From assembly GCF_006345805.1 (NCBI RefSeq), contig NW_021825744.1:1-14571 (forward strand): a stretch of 14,571 nt of DNA, written 5' to 3'. This stretch comes from Octopus sinensis. Its lineage: Eukaryota. Shown piece after piece: positions 8,042 to 14,571 of this stretch (the first letter of the stretch is position 1; each line of letters starts with the position of its first letter). The position numbers were made by a program, and so were the translations under genes. The notes beneath the pieces were generated by a model that was not told the origin of the DNA, searched no databases, and was given only the letters and a program-made list of their open reading frames with translations.

Positions 8042-8106
8042 TTATTATTATTATTATTATTAGTATCATTATTATCATTGTTATAATTATCATTATTATT
8101 ATTATG

Positions 8107-8546
8107 AAGGCAGCTGGCAGAATCATTAGCATGCCAGGCAAAATGCTTAGAGGTATTCCATCTGCTGTTACGTTCTGAGTTCAAATTCCACTGAGGTCGA
8201 CTTTGCCTTTCATCCATTCGGGGTCGATAAATTAAGTACCAGTTACGCACTGGGGTCGATGTAATCGACTTAATCCGTTAGTCTGTCCTTGTTTATCCTC
8301 TCTGTGTTTAGACCCTTGTGGGTAGTAAAGAAATAGGTATTTCGTCTGCCGTTACGTTCTGAGTTCAAATTCCACTGAGGTCGACTTTGCCTTTCATCCA
8401 TTCGGGGTCGATAAATTAAGTACCAGTTACGCACTGGGGTCGATGTAATCGACTTAATCCGTTAGTCTGTCCTTGTTTATCCTCTCTGTATTTAGCCCCT
8501 TGTGGGTAGTAAAGAAATAGGTATTTCGCCTGCCACTATGTTCTGT
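8107..8546 (+). mobile_element. Second SINE family, head-to-tail multimer (2 units plus the start of a third)
   Basis: Period 184 (GTTACGTTCTGAG at 8167 and 8351); junctions AAAGAAATAGGTATTTCG at about 8327-8344 and 8511-8528. Confidence 0.92.
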
Positions 8547-8571
8547 GTTCACATTATTATTATTATTATTA

Positions 8572-9002
8572 TTTTTTTTTTTTTTTCTTTTAATCTCAGG
8601 TTTTGTTGGAACTCCTGGAGTCTTGCATGCATAGTAGGCTTGCTGCCTGCAGCCTACGGTACCTTGCTATCTGTTCTTTTCAGCTATCTAATAGTTTCAT
8701 GATTATTCTGGCCATGCCAAGGAAGCAAACCTTTTGTAACAGATCTACTGGGCACTCTATTCCGATTTCCTTTATATTCCCCTTAATGTCCCTTCTGATA
8801 CTGTCCCCAAGAACCCAACAATAATTGTCACTATCTTCTCCTTCTTCATTTTCCATAGCTGGGCTCTTTCATACTTAAAAGGTTTGTATTTATCTGTTTT
8901 TGCACTTTCCTTCTTGACTATTCATAGGTCAAAGAGGCATGCAGCATTAACTATATAACACATGTGATGCATCTTGTTGACCACCACTAAGTCTGGTCTG
9001 TT
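8572..9002 (-). mobile_element. 5'-truncated RLE non-LTR retrotransposon (family C, R4/Dong-like) with poly(A), abutting (TAA)n
   Basis: Broken RLE ORF, ~90-nt 3' UTR, T-run at 8572-8586, (ATT)n at 8553-8571. Confidence 0.9.
8680..9002 (-). pseudogene. RLE endonuclease C-terminal domain, one stop and one frameshift (absent from the ORF track)
   Basis: NRPDLVVVNKMHHMCYIVNAACLFDL*IVKKESAKTDKYKPFKYERAQLWKMKKEKIVTIIVGFLGTVSE, then a frameshift near 8791, then DIKGNIKEIGIECPVDLLQKVCFLGMARIIMKLLDS*. Internal TGA at 8924-8922. Confidence 0.9.
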
Positions 9003-9605
9003 AACCACATAGTTCCGGGTTCAATTCCACTGCATGGCACCTTGAGCAAGTGTCTTCTACTATATATAGTCTTGGGCTGACCAAAGCCTTGTGAGTGGAT
9101 TTGGTAAACAGAAACTGAAAGAAGCCCATCATATATACATGGAGTCTCAGAAGTCACCCACCATTCTGGTTTTCATTTAAAATAATTAAAGCATTTTCTT
9201 TTATTATATTTTCTCGGCATATTTTATTGTAGAGGATGCAGGATGCTCAATTTGAGCTTTAGTTACAATTAATTTCAATAAAGTGTTTTTGAAGTCAATA
9301 AGAGTGTATTCTTTTAAAAAACCAGGATGGTGCGCAACTTCTGGGACACCCTGTGCATATATGTATGTATATATATATATGTGTGTGTGTTTTTGTGTCT
9401 GTCTTTGTCCCCCCATCACCACTTGATAACTGGTGTTGGTGTGTTTACATCCCCGTAACTTAGCAGTTCAGCAAATGGGATCAATAGAATAAGTACCAAG
9501 CTTAAAAAATAAATACTGGGGTTGATACTTTCAACTAAAAATTTAAGGCGGTGCCCCAGCATGGTCGCAGTCTAATGACTGAAACAGGTAACAGACAGAA
9601 GATAC
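9003..9605 (+). mobile_element. CORE-like tRNA SINE, slightly 5'-truncated, carrying a MITE in its internal microsatellite
   Basis: AACCACATAGTTCCGGGTTCAATTCC...GCACCTTGAGCAAGTG to GAAAGAAGCCC (9127); resumes at about 9360 and ends TGACTGAAACAGG. Confidence 0.9.
9138..9352. mobile_element. Tc1/mariner-type MITE, ~215 bp
   Basis: Imperfect ~36-bp TIRs (CATGGAGTCTCAGAAGTCACCCACCATTCTGGTTTT versus the reverse complement CAGGGTGTCCCAGAAGTTGCGCACCATCCTGGTTTT, 7 mismatches). Left flank TA, right flank TG (probably decayed TA). CAGGGTG termini at TA are typical of mariner-like elements. Confidence 0.8.
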
Positions 9606-9607
9606 AA

Positions 9608-9830
9608 GAAGGGGGTGAGCTGGCAAAATTGTTAGAGTGTTGAGTAAAAATGCTTAGCTGTATTTCTTCCTGTTCTCCAGGTCCTGAGTTCAAATGTTAC
9701 CAAGGTCAACTTTGCCTTTTATCTTTTCAGGGTCAATAAAATAGAATACCAGTCAAATACTGAGGTCAGTGTAATTGATTTTCCCCCTCTTCCAATTGCA
9801 GGCCTTTTGTCAAATTTCACCTTACCTTTA
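9608..9830 (+). mobile_element. Older diverged monomer of the second SINE family
   Basis: GGTGAGCTGGCAAAATTGTTAG head, GAGTTCAAAT, GGTCAACTTTGCCTTTTATCTTTTCAGGGTCAATAAAAT core. Confidence 0.82.
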
Positions 9831-9940
9831 TAGCATTCATTGCATCTCACCCCTATCAGGTATTGTATTCAGTGCTCCAGCATGGCCACAACCTCTTGCT
9901 GAAACCGATAACAGAAGAACAGAGTAATACTAGGACTTCC

Positions 9941-10755
9941 ACTGTTATAATGTTCATAGTAGCTGAGTCCAAACATGACATTTCCATTCACTACACTCCA
10001 GCTAATTATGCTAGTTTGCTGTATCATAATGTTCACTACATCGTTACTGCAATGTGTTATTATAACGTTCACTACATCACAACAGCAATGTCTTGCAACG
10101 TTCACTAGACCTCAGCTTGAGAATAGATTTTATTAGAATGTTTACTGCAAAACACAGCTACACTCTATCATAATGTTCACTACACCATCATATTATAATG
10201 TTCTCTGCACCACTATTATAATCTTTACTAGACCATTATATTGTAATGTTCAGTACACCATTGTATTATAATGTTCACTACACCATTGTACTTCAATGTT
10301 CACTACACTATTGTATTATAATGTTAACTACACTCTTGTATTGAAATGTTCACTGTGTGATCATATTAGAATGTTCACTAACTACTGTATTATGTTTACT
10401 GTGCTACCATTTTATCATGTTCACCAGACTAATGAGTATATTGTTCACTACATAGTCACATTATAAAGTTTACCAGACCACTGTATTATAATGTTCACCA
10501 CACCATCATATTATATTCACTACATCATTATATTATAATGTTCACTACATGATTGCATTATAATGTTCACCACACTGCTATCGTAATGTTCACCATACCA
10601 TTTTACAGTGTTCATTACAACACTTTAACAAGTCATGTCTACCACACTGTTGTATTATGTTCTTGAGTTCACTGTATTCCAATGTTCACTGCACTACTAT
10701 ATTACAATGTTCACTATACCACAGTTTTAATGTTCACCACATCCTTATATTACAA
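9941..10755 (+). repeat. Degenerate 25-bp minisatellite, consensus about AATGTTCACTACACCATTGTATTAT
   Basis: ATGTT(C/A)AC at 10271, 10296, 10321, 10346 and 10371 (period 25), decaying outward. Confidence 0.9.
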
Positions 10756-10756
10756 T

Positions 10757-11159
10757 TCTTTTTTCTTCTTTTTTCTTTTTATTTGTTTCAATCTTTTGTC
10801 TGTGGCCATGCTGGAGCACCGCCTTTAATCAACCAAATCGACCCTAGGACTTATTCTTTGTAAGCCTAGTACTTATTCTATCGGTTTCTTTTGCCGAACC
10901 GCTAAGTTACGGGAATGTAAACACACCAAGCGATGTTGAGGGGACAAACACAGACACACAAACATATATTTATATATATATATATATATATATACCTTGG
11001 GGCTTCTTTCAGTTTCCGTAAACCGAATCTACTCACAAGGCTTTGGTCAGCCCAAGGCTATAGTAGAATACACTTGCCCAAGGTGCCACTCAGTGGGACT
11101 GAACCCAGAACCATGTGGTTCATACGCAAGCTACTTACCACACAGCCACTCCTGCGCCT
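10757..11159 (-). mobile_element. CORE-like tRNA SINE, full length, inserted in the 25-bp minisatellite
   Basis: Colinear with the other copies; 5' end AGGCGCAGGAGTGGCTGTGTGG at 11159; pyrimidine (A-rich tail) run at 10757-10782. Confidence 0.92.
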
Positions 11160-11325
11160 ATGTTCATTTCTCCATGGTATCACAATGTTCACTACACTGC
11201 TATATTATAACATTCACTCACTCACTACCATAGTGTTCATCATACCATTTTAGCTTAACGTTTACCATATCACTGTTTTATAATGTTCACTACACTTGAA
11301 CACCACTGTAGTTGAACGTTCACAT
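11160..11325 (+). repeat. Continuation of the 25-bp minisatellite
   Basis: ATGTTCA.../AATGTTCACTACAC recurs after the SINE. Confidence 0.8.
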
Positions 11326-11364
11326 ACATAAACATTCCAGCTTCTGTCATAGTATTGATGGTGG

Positions 11365-12249
11365 TGATGGTGTTATTTTTATTGTTGTAGTGCTGGCAGA
11401 AGTATAGCAGTGGTGCATGTGTGCTGGACAGAGCAGTATATGGTGCAGTATGAAGTGGTGAACGTGATGTTATAGTGTTAGTGGAGGTGCAGTAGAGTCA
11501 TCAGTGGTATGTAATGTTGGGTTAGTGATATAGCGTTGTGGTAGTGCAATGTGGTGTTGTAGCAGTAGCGTTACTGTGATAGTATAGCGTTATGTAGTAG
11601 TGGTTGTAGTATGGTAAGTGTGGTAGTGCTGCTGCTACAGATGATGATGGTGATAACGATCATCATCATCATCGTCATCAACAACATGAAGGTGATGGTA
11701 GTGGTAGGGGTGGTTGGTGATGGTAACTATGATGATGATGAGGTGGAGGGAAGGAGGAGAGCGGGGGATTGGCTGTCCTCATTATTCGACATTGACAGGC
11801 ATCAACAGACACTACCGCCGCCGCCACCACCGCCACATCACAATACAACACCACCTCCATCACAACTATACAATATACCACTCAAATACGCTCTACTACA
11901 ACCTGACTACAACATCATACCTAACCCTAATTTTGCTACTACAGTATGCTTTAAAACTACATACCACACCACACCATACCACAACCACTACAACATAATG
12001 ACATACTATCACAGTAACACTATTACAACACCACATCGCGCTACCACAACGCTATGTCACTAAACCAACATCACATACCCTTGATGACTATTGCACCTCT
12101 TCTAACGCTATGACATCATCTTTACCACTTCATACTACAACATATACTGCTATGTCTACTACACACACTACCACCACTACTACTACTACTACTACTGCTA
12201 CTTTACCTGTACTACAACGATAACTTCTGCCATAAAAATACACCACATC
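11365..12249. repeat. Diverged long inverted repeat, arms about 11365-11628 and 11960-12249, spacer ~330 bp
   Basis: The reverse complement of the left arm aligns colinearly with the right arm (e.g. ATACTATCACAGTAAC, CTACCACAACGCTAT, TGATGACT, ACCACTTCATACT, CATATACTGCT, ACTTCTGCCA, ATAAAAATA), roughly 80-87% identical in the core by eye. Confidence 0.88.
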
Positions 12250-13862
12250 AGGTGCTACCACCACTACAATACTTCCACCACCATCACCATCACCACCACT
12301 ACTACTACTACTAACACCACCAACATCAACATCATTACCACCATCACTGCCACACTGCAATCACCACATGACCACCACTGCCACTACCACTACAATCACC
12401 ACCACCACAACTACCACTTCTACCAAACACCACCATCTTCACCACACACACCAATGCGACAACTACTTCCCCACTAAACTAATACCGCTATCACTACAAC
12501 ATCACCTTTACCACTTCCTACTACACCACATACTGCCATGTCCACCACGCACACCACCACTACTCTTTCCTCCGTTACAACTCTGCCAATACTACAACAA
12601 TAACTTCCATCATCAAAGTAACACCTTATCATACGCTACCACCATCACAACACTATCATCAGACATTACCATCTCCACCACCATTCCCACTACTACCACA
12701 ACCACCTCTGTCACTACTCTCACCACGGACCACCATCGCCACCACACTGCAATAATAACACAACTACTACCACACAACCACAACCACCGCTGCTAGCACC
12801 ACCACCCTGCAATCACCACACTACTACCACCACCACTATACTGTATTTACCACACTACCACCACTACCACACCACCAAGACTATCACTACCACAACCACC
12901 ACACATCAATACACACTGCCACCATGTCTTTCCCACCACACTACCACCACCGCCACTACCACCACCACCACCACTATCACACCACCAACACTATCACCAC
13001 TACCACCGCCACCACCACAACCATCACCGCCATCACCACCATCACTATACTGCAATCATCATACTACCACCACTACCACCACAGATCAATACACACTGCC
13101 ACCATATCCCTCCCACCACACTACCTCCTCCACCATACCCCGCCACCTCCTCCACCATACCCCGCCACCTCCTCCACCATACCCCGCCACCTCCTCCACC
13201 ATACCCCGCCACCTCCACTGCATATAAACACTGCCACCAACACACCCAGTATATGACCACCACCATCAAGACCACTACCCCACTACCACCACCACAACCA
13301 CCACCACCATCACCACCAACACTATACTGTAATCACACTACCATACCACTAACACTGTCAGCACTACCACCATCACACTCCACCTCCACCACACATAGAC
13401 ACTGCCACCAACACACCACCAATATATGACCACCATCACCAAGACCACTACCCCACTACCACCTCTACCACCACCACACTACTACCACAACCACCACCAC
13501 CATCCCCACCACCACTATACTGTACTCACCACACTACCACCACTACTGCTACAACCACCACCACTACCACACCACTAACACTACCACCACCACACATCAA
13601 TACACACTGCCACCACACTACCTCCTCCATCATACCCCGCCACCTCCACTGCACATACACACTGCCACCAACACACCACCAGTATATGATCACCATCACC
13701 AAAACCACTACCCCACTCCCACCACCACCACCACCACCGCTGCCACCACCACCACTGCCACCACTACCACCGCCACTACCACCACCACCACCACCACCGC
13801 TGCCACCACTACCACCGCCACTACCACCACCACCACCACCACCCACCCACCCTCCCCAACGA
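12250..13862. repeat. (CAC/ACT/CAT)n low-complexity tract with modular higher-order repeats
   Basis: ATCAATACACACTGCCACCA at 12905, 13085 and 13596; ACACTGCCACCAACACACC at 13228, 13399 and 13659; ACCACTACCCCACT at 13271, 13444 and 13704. Confidence 0.9.
13123..13216 (+). repeat. 22-bp tandem repeat ACCTCCTCCACCATACCCCGCC, 4 perfect copies plus a partial
   Basis: Unit starts at 13123, 13145, 13167, 13189 and 13211. Confidence 0.95.
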
Positions 13863-14324
13863 CCAACAATTTATTGTTATCATGCAAACAACGAACATTT
13901 AATTATGAATGTCCAATATTTGGTTAATGTCATTTCTCTTACCCGGGGCTTGAACTCACAATAGAACGACAGAATTAGCAACACCGAAACAAGAATCCAT
14001 TCGTTCAGGAGTTGGGGCCGGTGTGGGAGAGGGGACAGCAACCCCTACCATTCAGGGGTTGTGGAGCACTATAAAGGGCTACAGATATATATTGGGTGTT
14101 TCCAAGGGTTGGTTGGTTAGTATGGTGGGGTGAGGGTGGAGGTGATTTCTATCAAGCCAGTTCTTTTAATTAATAATTACTGAAAATTTATTAATTATTG
14201 TGAACTGAAACTTTTAATTGTTGTTAATTATAATGTTTGTAATGTTGTCAAGATTGTTGTTGTTGTTTTTCTTGTTTCGCTTGTTGCTGGGTGTCAAGAT
14301 AGACTTGTTCTTGCAGACCAAATT

Positions 14325-14480
14325 AGGTGTGGGTGTGTGGTTAGGAAGCCAGGTACGTAACCCTGTACTTCTGGGGTTCAATCCTAATGTGACTACGAGG
14401 CAGGCTGGATGTCTTCTACAATAATTTTGAAATGACGAAGGCCGTGTAAGCATAATTTAGCAGATGGAAATAGCACAAAA
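14325..14480 (+). mobile_element. Old, highly diverged 5' half of the CORE-like SINE
   Basis: GGTGTGTGGTTAGGAAGC...GGGGTTCAATCC...GATGTCTTCTACAATA...GAAGGCCGTGTAAG...AGATGGAAA is colinear with the head of younger copies. Confidence 0.7.
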
Positions 14481-14489
14481 GTTATATAT

Positions 14490-14571
14490 AGGTGCAGGAG
14501 TGGCTGTGTGGTAAGTAGCTTGTTTACCAACAACATGGTTCCGGGTTCAGTCCCACTGTGTGGCACCTTGG
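14490..14571 (+). mobile_element. CORE-like tRNA SINE head, running off the window end
   Basis: AGGTGCAGGAGTGGCTGTGTGGTAAGTAGCTT...GGTTCCGGGTTCAGTCCCACTGTGTGGCACCTTGG. Confidence 0.92.

Noticed and set aside
9871-9906. GTGCTCCAGCATGGCCACA...CTGAAAC as a conserved regulatory motif
   Set aside because: It is a fragment of the CORE-like SINE 3' tail.
9941-10755. CRISPR-like periodic repeat
   Set aside because: Directly tandem, degenerate 25-bp units with no unique spacers, no cas genes, and a eukaryotic context.
1002-11253. Recurring peptides such as GHAGAPPL..QIDPRTYSL and QIHSQGFG.P.AI.E.TCPRC
   Set aside because: These are antisense translations of the CORE-like SINE; the similarity reflects the repeat, not a protein family.
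11611-13964. Poly-Thr/His/Pro/Gly ORFs
   Set aside because: Same trinucleotide artefact; frequent stops, no single maintained frame, and the 22-bp repeat is not a multiple of three.
14070-14076. Plus-strand TATA box TATAAAG
   Set aside because: Imperfect match, no initiator or downstream gene evident, and expected by chance in AT-rich sequence.

Overview
Repeat-saturated, AT-rich, non-coding eukaryotic DNA, most likely an octopus (coleoid cephalopod) intron or intergenic region. The species call is my recognition of the SINE families from memory, not a database result. I find no convincing host protein-coding exon, and nearly all supplied ORFs are translations of microsatellites, SINEs or trinucleotide low-complexity tracts. 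Contents: (i) about 7 copies of a ~400-bp tRNA-derived CORE-like SINE with an internal microsatellite; (ii) a second tRNA-derived SINE family, present as monomers and head-to-tail multimers, one four-unit array bracketed by a 15-bp direct repeat; (iii) 3' fragments of restriction-like-endonuclease (RLE) non-LTR retrotransposons sitting in (TACA)n or (TAA)n microsatellites, two with recognisable broken PD-(D/E)xK ORFs, one of which the ORF track missed; (iv) a probable Penelope-like terminal fragment with a minimal hammerhead-ribozyme motif; (v) a 276-bp near-perfect foldback; (vi) a Tc1/mariner-type MITE nested in a SINE; (vii) 25-bp and 22-bp minisatellites; (viii) a ~270-bp-arm diverged inverted repeat hidden in low-complexity sequence. 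The best leads are the multimeric SINE that appears to be a single insertion, the microsatellite-targeted RLE LINEs, the hammerhead motif, the hidden inverted repeat, and five serial potential long dsRNA duplexes relevant to cephalopod A-to-I editing. None of this establishes a new biological system; several are testable hypotheses. All alignments and identities were done by eye.
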